From Auanema rhodensis (Eukaryota > Animalia > Nematoda), in contig OZ059895.1 of NCBI GenBank assembly GCA_964057225.1, positions 4,774,001 to 4,838,000 on the forward strand: a DNA stretch of 64,000 nucleotides, in the 5' to 3' direction. Positions 41,301 to 53,639 of this stretch are shown piece after piece (the first letter of the stretch is position 1; each line of letters opens with the position of its first letter). Both the position numbers and the translations under genes were made by a program. The notes beneath the pieces are model-generated. The model had not been told where the DNA came from and searched no databases. It saw only the letters and a list, made by a program, of their open reading frames with translations.

Positions 41301-44300
41301 ACAATGTTATTCAACGAAAAAATTAATTCTTCAGGGTGAAAATCGAAGATATAAGTGTGAACTTATATCAGTTGATATCTCGGTGCATTTTTAAGCTAGC
41401 GCAAATCTGATAACACAGATCGACGCAGCTTAAAAATCCGCATCGAATGCACTATACTACATTGAGAAACGCTTAATACAAAAATTAGTTATGATCGTTT
41501 GAAAAATGATGCATTAGTGTATGTTGAGTTTCCATGTACACTCAACATTGCTTCCAAAAACATTTTGACAAAAATTTTTTCGAAAAATTTCAAAATAATT
41601 TAGCAAAAAGTAGATGTTGTTAGATTCCTTTTTTCAAGGCAAAGACGATGGACAATGTTATTCAACGAAAAAATTAATTCTTCAGGGTGAAAATCGAGGA
41701 TATAAGTGTGAACTTATATCAGTTGATATCTCGGTGCATTTTTAAGCTAGCGCAAATCTGATAACACAGATCGATGCAGCTTAAAAATCCGCATCGAATG
41801 CACTATACTTCATTGAGAAACGCTTAATACAAAAATTAGTTATGATCGTTTGAAAAATGATGCATTAGTGTATGTTGAGTTTCCATGTACACTCAACATT
41901 GCTTCCAAAAACATTTTGACAAAAATTTTTTCGAAAAATTTCAAAATAATTTAGCAAAAAGTAGATGTTTTTAGATTCCTTTTTTCAAGGCAAAGACGAT
42001 GGACAATGTTATTCAACGAAAAAATTAATTCTTCAGGGTGAAAATCGAGGATATAAGTGTGAACTTATATCAGTTGATATCTCGGTGCATTTTCATTCAA
42101 GCTAGCGCAAATCTGATAACACAGATCGACGCAGCTTAAAAATCCGCATCGAATGCACTATACTTCATTGAGAAACGCTTAATACAAAAATTAGTTATGA
42201 TCGTTTGAAAAATGATGCATTAGTGTATGTTGAGTTTCCATGTACACTCAACATTGCTTCCAAAAACATTTTGACAAAAATTTTTTCGAAAAATTTCAAA
42301 ATAATTTAGCAAAAAGTAAATGTTTTTAGATTCCTTTTTTCAAGGCAAAGACGATGGACAATGTTATTCAACGAAAAAATTAATTCTTCAGGGTGAAAAT
42401 CGAAGATATAAGTGTGAACTTATATCAGTTGATATCTCGGTGCATTTTTAAGCTAGCGCAAATCTGATAACACAGATCGACGCAGCTTAAAAATCCGCAT
42501 CGAATGCACTATACTACATTGAGAAACGCTTAATACAAAAATTAGTTATGATCGTTTGAAAAATGATGCATTAGTGTATGTTGAGTTTCCATGTACACTC
42601 AACATTGCTTCCAAAAACATTTTGACAAAAATTTTTTCGAAAAATTTCAAAATAATTTAGCAAAAAGTAGATGTTGTTAGATTCCTTTTTTCAAGGCAAA
42701 GACGATGGACAATGTTATTCAACGAAAAAATTAATTCTTCAGGGTGAAAATCGAGGATATAAGTGTGAACTTATATCAGTTGATATCTCGGTGCATTTTT
42801 AAGCTAGCGCAAATCTGATAACACAGATCGATGCAGCTTAAAAATCCGCATCGAATGCACTATACTACATTGAGAAACGCTTGATACAAAAATTAGTTAT
42901 GATCGTTTGAAAAATGATGCATTAGTGTATGTTGAGTTTCCATGTACACTCAACATTGCTTCCAAAAACATTTTGACAAAAATTTTTTCGAAAAATTTCA
43001 AAATAATTTAGCAAAAAGTAGATGTTTTTCGATTCCTTTTTTAAGGCAAAGATGATGGACAATGTTATTCAACGAAAAAATCAATTCTTCAGGGTGAAAA
43101 TCGAGGATATAAGTGTGAACTTATATCAGTTGATATCTCGGTGCATTTTCAAGCTAGCGCAAATCTGATAACACAGATCGACGCAGCTTAAAAATCCGCA
43201 TCGAATGCACTATACTTCATTGAGAAACGCTTAATACAAAAATTAGTTATGATCGTTTGAAAAATGATGCATTAGTGTATGTTGAGTTTCCATGTACACT
43301 CAACATTGCTTCCAAAAACATTTTGACAAAAATTTTTTCGAAAAATTTCAAAATAATTTAGCAAAAAGTAGATGTTTTTAGATTACTTTTTTCAAGGCAA
43401 AGCCGATGGACAATGTTATTCAACGAAAAAATTAATTCTTCAGGGTGAAAATCGAGGATATAAGTGTGAACTTATATCAGTTGATATCTCGGTGCATTTT
43501 TAAGCTAGCGCAAATCTGATAACACAGATCGACGCAGCTTAAAAATCCGCATCAAATGCACTATACTTCATTGAGAAACGCTTAATACAAAAATTAGTTA
43601 TGATCGTTTGAAAAATGATGCATTAGTGTATGTTGAGTTTCCATGTACACTCAACATTGCTTCGAAAAACATTTTGACAAAAATTTTTTCGAAAAATTTC
43701 AAAATAATTTAGCAAAAAGTAGATGTTTTTCGATTCCTTTTTTAAGGCAAAGATGATGGACAATGTTATTCAACGAAAAAATCAATTCTTCAGGGTGAAA
43801 ATCGAGGATATAAGTGTGAACTTATATCAGTTGATATTTCGGTGCATTTTCAAGCTAGCGCAAATCTGATAACACAGATCGACGCAGCTTAAAAATCCGC
43901 ATCGAATGCACTATACTTCATTGAGAAACGCTTAATACAAAAATTAGTTATGATCGTTTGAAAAATGATGCATTAGTGTATGTTGAGTTTCCATGTACAC
44001 TCAACATTGCTTCCAAAAACATTTTGACAAAAATTTTTTCGAAAAATTTCAAAATAATTTAGCAAAAAGTAGATGTTTTTAGATTCCTTTTTTCAAGGCA
44101 AAGACGATGGACAATGTTATTCAACGAAAAAATTAATTCTTCAGGGTGAAAATCGAGGATATAAGTGTGAACTTATATCAGTTGATATCTCGGTGCATTT
44201 TTAAGCTAGCGCAAATCTGATAACACAGATCGACGCAGCTTAAAAATCCGCATCAAATGCACTATACTTCATTGAGAAACGCTTAATACAAAAATTAGTT

Positions 44301-47300
44301 ATGATCGTTTGAAAAATGATGCATTAGTGTATGTTGAGTTTCCATGTACACTCAACATTGCTTTCAAAAACATTTTGACAAAAATTTTTTCGAAAAATTT
44401 CAAAATAATTTAGCAAAAAGTAGATGTTTTTAGATTCCTTTTTTCAAGGCAAAGACGATGGACAATGTTATTCAACGAAAAAATTAATTCTTCAGGGTGA
44501 AAATCGAGGATATAAGTGTGAACTTATATCAGTTGATATCTCGGTGCATTTTTAAGCTAGCGCAAATCTGATAACACAGATCGACGCAGCTTAAAAATCC
44601 GCATCGAATGCACTATACTTCATTGAGAAACGCTTAATACAAAAATTAGTTATGATCGTTTGAAAAATGATGCATTAGTGTATGTTGAGTTTCCATGTAC
44701 ACTCAACATTGCTTCCAAAAACATTTTGACAAAAATTTTTTCGAAAAATTTCAAAATAATTTAGCAAAAAGTAGATGTTTTTAGATTCCTTTTTTAAGGC
44801 AAAAATGATGGACAATGTTATTAAACGAAAAAATTAATTCTTCAGGGTGAAAATCGAGGATATAAGTGTGAACTTATATCAGTTGATATCTCGGTGTATT
44901 TTTAAGCTAGCGCAAATCTGATAACACAGATCGACGCAGCTTAAAAATCCGCATCGAATGCACTATACTTCATTGAGAAACGCTTAATACAAAAATTAGT
45001 TATGATCGTTTGAAAAATGATGCATTAGTGTATGTTGAGTTTCCATGTACACTCAACATTGCTTCCAAAAACATTTTGACAAAAATTTTTTCGAAAAATT
45101 TCAAAATAATTTAGCAAAAAGTAGATGTTTTTAGATTCCTTTTTTCAAGGCAAAGACGATGGACAATGTTATTCAACGAAAAAATTAATTCTTCAGGGTG
45201 AAAATCGAGGATATAAGTGTGAACTTATATCAGTTGATATCTCGGTGCATTTTTAAGCTAGCGCAAATCTGATAACACAGATCGACGCAGCTTAAAAATC
45301 CGCATCGAATGCACTATACTTCATTGAGAAACGCTTAATACAAAAATTAGTTATGATCGTTTGAAAAATGATGCATTAGTGTATGTTGAGTTTCCATGTA
45401 CACTCAACATTGCTTCCAAAAACATTTTGACAAAAATTTTTTCGAAAAATTTCAAAATAATTTAGCAAAAAGTAGATGTTTTTAGATTCCTTTTTTCAAG
45501 GCAAAGACGATGGACAATGTTATTCAACGAAAAAATTAATTCTTCAGGGTGAAAATCGAGGATATAAGTGTGAACTTATATCAGTTGATATCTCGGTGCA
45601 TTTTTAAGCTAGCGCAAATCTGATAACACAGATCGACGCAGCTTAAAAATCCGCATCGAATGCACTATACTTCATTGAGAAACGCTTAATACAAAAATTA
45701 GTTATGATCGTTTGAAAAATGATGCATTAGTGTATGTTGAGTTTCCATGTACACTCAACATTGCTTCCAAAAACATTTTGACAAAAATTTTTTCGAAAAA
45801 TTTCAAAATAATTTAGCAAAAAGTAGATGTTTTTAGATTCCTTTTTTCAAGGCAAAGACGATGGACAATGTTATTCAACGAAAAAATTAATTCTTCAGGG
45901 TGAAAATCGAGGATATAAGTGTGAACTTATATCAGTTGATATCTCGGTGCATTTTTAAGCTAGCGCAAATCTGATAACACAGATCGACGCAGCTTAAAAA
46001 TCCGCATCGAATGCACTATACTACATTGAGAAACGCTTAATACAAAAATTAGTTATGATCGTTTGAAAAATGATGCATTAGTGTATGTTGAGTTTCCATG
46101 TACACTCAACATTGCTTCGAAAAACATTTTGACAAAAATTTTTTCGAAAAATTTCAAAATAATTTAGCAAAAAGTAGATGTTTTTAGATTCCTTTTTCTA
46201 AGGCAAAGATGATGGACAATGTTATTCAACGAAAAAATCAATTCTTCAGGGTGAAAATCGAGGATATAAGTGTGAACTTATATCAGTTGATATCTCGGTG
46301 CATTTTCAAGCTAGCGCAAATCTGATAACACAGATCGACGCAGCTTAAAAATCCGCATCAAATGCACTATACTTCATTGAGAAACGCTTAATACAAAAAT
46401 TAGTTATGATCGTTTGAAAAATGATGCATTAGTGTATGTTGAGTTTCCATGTACACTCAACATTGCTTTCAAAAACATTTTGACAAAAATTTTTTCGAAA
46501 AATTTCAAAATAATTTAGCAAAAAGTAGATGTTTTTAGATTCCTTTTTTCAAGGCAAAGACGATGGACAATGTTATTCAACGAAAAAATTAATTCTTCAG
46601 GGTGAAAATCGAGGATATAAGTGTGAACTTATATCAGTTGATATCTCGGTGCATTTTTAAGCTAGCGCAAATCTGATAACACAGATCGACGCAGCTTAAA
46701 AATCCGCATCGAATGCACTATACTTCATTGAGAAACGCTTAATACAAAAATTAGTTATGATCGTTTGAAAAATGATGCATTAGTGTATGTTGAGTTTCCA
46801 TGTACACTCAACATTGCTTCCAAAAACATTTTGACAAAAATTTTTTCGAAAAATTTCAAAATAATTTAGCAAAAAGTAGATGTTTTTAGATTCCTTTTTT
46901 TAAGGCAAAAATGATGGACAATGTTATTAAACGAAAAAATTAATTCTTCAGGGTGAAAATCGAGGATATAAGTGTGAACTTATATCAGTTGATATCTCGG
47001 TGCATTTTTAAGCTAGCGCAAATCTGATAACACAGATCGACGCAGCTTAAAAATCCGCATCGAATGCACTATACTTCATTGAGAAACGCTTAATACAAAA
47101 ATTAGTTATGATCGTTTGAAAAATGATGCATTAGTGTATGTTGAGTTTCCATGTACACTCAACATTGCTTCCAAAAACATTTTGACAAAAATTTTTTCGA
47201 AAAATTTCAAAATAATTTAGCAAAAAGTAGATGTTTTTAGATTCCTTTTTTCAAGGCAAAGACGATGGACAATGTTATTCAACGAAAAAATTAATTCTTC

Positions 47301-48813
47301 AGGGTGAAAATCGAGGATATAAGTGTGAACTTATATCAGTTGATATCTCGGTGCATTTTTAAGCTAGCGCAAATCTGATAACACAGATCGACGCAGCTTA
47401 AAAATCCGCATCGAATGCACTATACTACATTGAGAAACGCTTAATACAAAAATTAGTTATGATCGTTTGAAAAATGATGCATTAGTGTATGTTGAGTTTC
47501 CATGTACACTCAACATTGCTTCGAAAAACATTTTGACAAAAATTTTTTCGAAAAATTTCAAAATAATTTAGCAAAAAGTAGATGTTTTTAGATTCCTTTT
47601 TCTAAGGCAAAGATGATGGACAATGTTATTCAACGAAAAAATCAATTCTTCAGGGTGAAAATCGAGGATATAAGTGTGAACTTATATCAGTTGATATCTC
47701 GGTGCATTTTCAAGCTAGCGCAAATCTGATAACACAGATCGACGCAGCTTAAAAATCCGCATCGAATGCACTATACTTCATTGAGAAACGCTTAATACAA
47801 AAATTAGTTATGATCGTTTGAAAAATGATGCATTAGTGTATGTTGAGTTTCCATGTACACTCAACATTGCTTCGAAAAACATTTTGACAAAAATTTTTTC
47901 GAAAAATTTCAAAATAATTTAGCAAAAAGTAGATGTTTTTCGATTCCTTTTTTAAGGCAAAGATGATGGACAATGTTATTCAACGAAAAAATCAATTCTT
48001 CAGGGTGAAAATCGAGGATATAAGTGTGAACTTATATCAGTTGATATTTCGGTGCATTTTCAAGCTAGCGCAAATCTGATAACACAGATCGACGCAGCTT
48101 AAAAATCCGCATCGAATGCACTATACTTCATTGAGAAACGCTTAATACAAAAATTAGTTATGATCGTTTGAAAAATGTTGCATTAGTGTATGTTGAGTTT
48201 CCATGTACACTCAACATTGCTTCCAAAAACATTTTGACAAAAATTTTTTCGAAAAATTTCAAAATAATTTAGCAAAAAGTAGATGTTTTTAGATTCCTTT
48301 TTTCAAGGCAAAGACGATGGACAATGTTATTCAACGAAAAAATTAATTCTTCAGGGTGAAAATCGAGGATATAAGTGTGAACTTATATCAGTTGATATCT
48401 CGGTGCATTTTTAAGCTAGCGCAAATCTGATAACACAGATCGACGCAGCTTAAAAATCCGCATCGAATGCACTATACTTCATTGAGAAACGCTTAATACA
48501 AAAATTAGTTATGATCGTTTGAAAAATGATGCATTAGTGTATGTTGAGTTTCCATGTACACTCAACATTGCTTCCAAAAACATTTTGACAAAAATTTTTT
48601 CGAAAAATTTCAAAATAATTTAGCAAAAAGTAGATGTTTTTAGATTCCTTTTTTCAAGGCAAAGACGATGGACAATGTTATTCAACGAAAAAATTAATTC
48701 TTCAGGGTGAAAATCGAGGATATAAGTGTGAACTTATATCAGTTGATATCTCGGTGCATTTTTAAGCTAGCGCAAATCTGATAACACAGATCGACGCAGC
48801 TTAAAAATCCGCA

Positions 48814-49074
48814 TCGAATGCAAAATATAAGTGTGAACTTATATCAGTTGATATTTCGGTGCATTTTCAAGCTAAATAATTTAGCAAAAAGTAGATGTTT
48901 TTAGATTCCTTTTTTCAAGGCAAAGACGATGGACAATGTTATTCAACGAAAAAATTAATTCTTCAGGGTGAAAATCGAGGATATAAGTGTGAACTTATAT
49001 CAGTTGATATCTCGGTGCATTTTTAAGCTAGCGCAAATCTGATAACACAGATCGACGCAGCTTAAAAATCCGCA
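48814..49074 (+). other. Rearranged 261-bp monomer: deletion of monomer positions 10-151 with insertion of AA plus a 50-bp copy of positions 258-307
   Basis: The sequence reads TCGAATGCA|AA|ATATAAGTGTGAAC...TTTCGGTGCATTTTCAAGCTA|AATAATTTAGC. The next monomer starts at 49075, so the unit is 90 bp short. Confidence 0.95.
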
Positions 49075-49425
49075 TCGAATGCACTATACTACATTGAGAA
49101 ACGCTTAATACAAAAATTAGTTATGATCGTTTGAAAAATGATGCATTAGTGTATGTTGAGTTTCCATGTACACTCAACATTGCTTCGAAAAACATTTTGA
49201 CAAAAATTTTTTCGAAAAATTTCAAAATAATTTAGCAAAAAGTAGATGTTTTTAGATTCCTTTTTCTAAGGCAAAGATGATGGACAATGTTATTCAACGA
49301 AAAAATCAATTCTTCAGGGTGAAAATCGAGGATATAAGTGTGAACTTATATCAGTTGATATCTCGGTGCATTTTCAAGCTAGCGCAAATCTGATAACACA
49401 GATCGACGCAGCTTAAAAATCCGCA

Positions 49426-51531
49426 TCGAATGCACTATACTTCATTGAGAAACGCTTAATACAAAAATTAGTTATGATCGTTTGAAAAATGATGCATTAG
49501 TGTATGTTGAGTTTCCATGTACACTCAACATTGCTTCGAAAAACATTTTGACAAAAATTTTTTCGAAAAATTTCAAAATAATTTAGCAAAAAGTAGATGT
49601 TTTTAGATTCCTTTTTCTAAGGCAAAGATGATGGACAATGTTATTCAACGAAAAAATCAATTCTTCAGGGTGAAAATCGAGGATATAAGTGTGAACTTAT
49701 ATCAGTTGATATTTCGGTGCATTTTCAAGCTAGCGCAAATCTGATAACACAGATCGACGCAGCTTAAAAATCCGCATCGAATGCACTATACTTCATTGAG
49801 AAACGCTTAATACAAAAATTAGTTATGATCGTTTGAAAAATGATGCATTAGTGTATGTTGAGTTTCCATGTACACTCAACATTGCTTCCAAAAACATTTT
49901 GACAAAAATTTTTTCGAAAAATTTCAAAATAATTTAGCAAAAAGTAGATGTTTTTAGATTCCTTTTTTCAAGGCAAAGACGATGGACAATGTTATTCAAC
50001 GAAAAAATTAATTCTTCAGGGTGAAAATCGAGGATATAAGTGTGAACTTATATCAGTTGATATCTCGGTGCATTTTTAAGCTAGCGCAAATCTGATAACA
50101 CAGATCGACGCAGCTTAAAAATCCGCATCGAATGCACTATACTTCATTGAGAAACGCTTAATACAAAAATTAGTTATGATCGTTTGAAAAATGATGCATT
50201 AGTGTATGTTGAGTTTCCATGTACACTCAACATTGCTTCGAAAAACATTTTGACAAAAATTTTTTCGAAAAATTTCAAAATAATTTAGCAAAAAGTAGAT
50301 GTTTTTAGATTCCTTTTTCTAAGGCAAAGATGATGGACAATGTTATTCAACGAAAAAATCAATTCTTCAGGGTGAAAATCGAGGATATAAGTGTGAACTT
50401 ATATCAGTTGATATTTCGGTGCATTTTCAAGCTAGCGCAAATCTGATAACACAGATCGACGCAGCTTAAAAATCCGCATCGAATGCACTATACTTCATTG
50501 AGAAACGCTTAATACAAAAATTAGTTATGATCGTTTGAAAAATGATGCATTAGTGTATGTTGAGTTTCCATGTACACTCAACATTGCTTCCAAAAACATT
50601 TTGACAAAAATTTTTTCGAAAAATTTCAAAATAATTTAGCAAAAAGTAGATGTTTTTAGATTCCTTTTTTCAAGGCAAAGACGATGGACAATGTTATTCA
50701 ACGAAAAAATTAATTCTTCAGGGTGAAAATCGAGGATATAAGTGTGAACTTATATCAGTTGATATCTCGGTGCATTTTTAAGCTAGCGCAAATCTGATAA
50801 CACAGATCGACGCAGCTTAAAAATCCGCATCGAATGCACTATACTTCATTGAGAAACGCTTAATACAAAAATTAGTTATGATCGTTTGAAAAATGATGCA
50901 TTAGTGTATGTTGAGTTTCCATGTACACTCAACATTGCTTCGAAAAACATTTTGACAAAAATTTTTTCGAAAAATTTCAAAATAATTTAGCAAAAAGTAG
51001 ATGTTTTTAGATTCCTTTTTCTAAGGCAAAGATGATGGACAATGTTATTCAACGAAAAAATCAATTCTTCAGGGTGAAAATCGAGGATATAAGTGTGAAC
51101 TTATATCAGTTGATATTTCGGTGCATTTTCAAGCTAGCGCAAATCTGATAACACAGATCGACGCAGCTTAAAAATCCGCATCGAATGCACTATACTTTAT
51201 TGAGAAACGCTTAATACAAAAATTAGTTATGATCGTTTAAAAAATGATGCATTAGTGTATGTTGAGTTTCCATGTACACTCAACATTGCTTCCAAAAACA
51301 TTTTGACAAAAATTTTTTCGAAAAATTTCAAAATAATTTAGCAAAAAGTAGATGTTTTTAGATTCCTTTTTTCAAGGCAAAGACGATGGACAATGTTATT
51401 CAACGAAAAAATTAATTCTTCAGGGTGAAAATCGAGGATATAAGTGTGAACTTATATCAGTTGATATCTCGGTGCATTTTTAAGCTAGCGCAAATCTGAT
51501 AACACAGATCGACGCAGCTTAAAAATCCGCA
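49426..51531 (+). repeat. Dimeric higher-order repeat, 3 x 702 bp
   Basis: A monomer with CTTCG, TTCTAAG, ATCAATT and GATATTTCG starts at 49426, 50128 and 50830, alternating with consensus-type monomers. Confidence 0.85.
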
Positions 51532-53639
51532 TCGAATGCACTATACTTCATTGAGAAACGCTTAATACAAAAATTAGTTATGATCGTTTGAAAAATGATG
51601 CATTAGTGTATGTTGAGTTTCCATGTACACTCAACATTGCTTCCAAAAACATTTTGACAAAAATTTTTTCGAAAAATTTCAAAATAATTTAGCAAAAAGT
51701 AGATGTTTTTCGATTCCTTTTTTAAGGCAAAGATGATGGACAATGTTATTCAACGAAAAAATCAATTCTTCAGGGTGAAAATCGAGGATATAAGTGTGAA
51801 CTTATATCAGTTGATATCTCGGTGCATTTTCAAGCTAGCGCAAATCTGATAACACAGATCGACGCAGCTTAAAAATCCGCATCGAATGCACTATACTTCA
51901 TTGAGAAACGCTTAATACAAAAATTAGTTATGATCGTTTGAAAAATGATGCATTAGTGTATGTTGAGTTTCCATGTACACTCAACATTGCTTCGAAAAAC
52001 ATTTTGACAAAAATTTTTTCGAAAAATTTCAAAATAATTTAGCAAAAAGTAGATGTTTTTCGATTCCTTTTTTAAGGCAAAGATGATGGACAATGTTATT
52101 CAACGAAAAAAATCAATTCTTCAGGGTGAAAATCGAGGATATAAGTGTGAACTTATATCAGTTGATATCTCGGTGCATTTTCATTCAAGCTAGCGCAAAT
52201 CTGATAACACAGATCGACGCAGCTTAAAAATCCGCATCGAATGCACTATACTTCATTGAGAAACGCTTAATACAAAAATTAGTTATGATCGTTTGAAAAA
52301 TGATGCATTAGTGTATGTTGAGTTTCCATGTACACTCAACATTGCTTCGAAAAACATTTTGACAAAAATTTTTTCGAAAAATTTCAAAATAATTTAGCAA
52401 AAAGTGGATGTTTTTAGATTCTTTTTTTTAAGGCAAAGATGATGGACAATGTTATTCAACGAAAAAATTAATTCTTCAGGGTGAAAATCGAGGATATAAG
52501 TGTGAACTTATATCAGTTGATATCTCGGTGCATTTTCAAGCTAGCGCAAATCTGATAACACAGATCGACGCAGCTTAAAAATCCGCATCGAATGCACTAT
52601 ACTTCATTGAGAAACGCTTAATACAAAAATTAGTTATGATCGTTTGAAAAATGATGCATTAGTGTATGTTGAGTTTCCATGTACACTCAACATTGCTTCC
52701 AAAAACATTTTGACAAAAATTTTTTCGAAAAATTTCAAAATAATTTAGCAAAAAGTGGATGTTTTTAGATTCTTTTTTTTAAGGCAAAGATGATGGACAA
52801 TGTTATTCAACGAAAAAATTAATTCTTCAGGGTGAAAATCGAGGATATAAGTATGAACTTATATCAGTTGATATCTCGGTGCATTTTTAAGCTAGCGCAA
52901 ATCTGATAACACAGATCGACGCAGCTTAAAAATCCGCATCGAATGCACTATACTTCATTGAGAAACGCTTAATACAAAAATTAGTTATGATCGTTTGAAA
53001 AATGATGCATTAGTGTATGTTGAGTTTCCATGTACACTCAACATTGCTTCCAACAACATTTTGACAAAAATTTTTTCGAAAAATTTCAAAATAATTTAGC
53101 AAAAAGTAGATGTTTTTAGATTCCTTTTTTCAAGGCAAAGACGATGGACAATGTTATTCAACGAAAAAATTAATTCTTCAGGGTGAAAATCGAGGATATA
53201 AGTGTGAACTTATATCAGTTGATATCTCGGTGCATTTTTAAGCTAGCGCAAATCTGATAACACAGATCGACGCAGCTTAAAAATCCGCATCGAATGCACT
53301 ATACTACATTGAGAAACGCTTAATACAAAAATTAGTTATGATCGTTTGAAAAATGATGCATTAGTGTATGTTGAGTTTCCATGTACACTCAACATTGCTT
53401 CCAAAAACATTTTGACAAAAATTTTTTCGAAAAATTTCAAAATAATTTAGCAAAAAGTAGATGTTTTTCGATTCCTTTTTTAAGGCAAAGATGATGGACA
53501 ATGTTATTCAACGAAAAAATCAATTCTTCAGGGTGAAAATCGAGGATATAAGTGTGAACTTATATCAGTTGATATCTCGGTGCATTTTCAAGCTAGCGCA
53601 AATCTGATAACACAGATCGACGCAGCTTAAAAATCCGCA

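Noticed and set aside
48823-48874. Transposon insertion or strand inversion at the register break
   Set aside because: The inserted sequence is same-strand satellite sequence with no foreign DNA, terminal repeats or target-site duplication.
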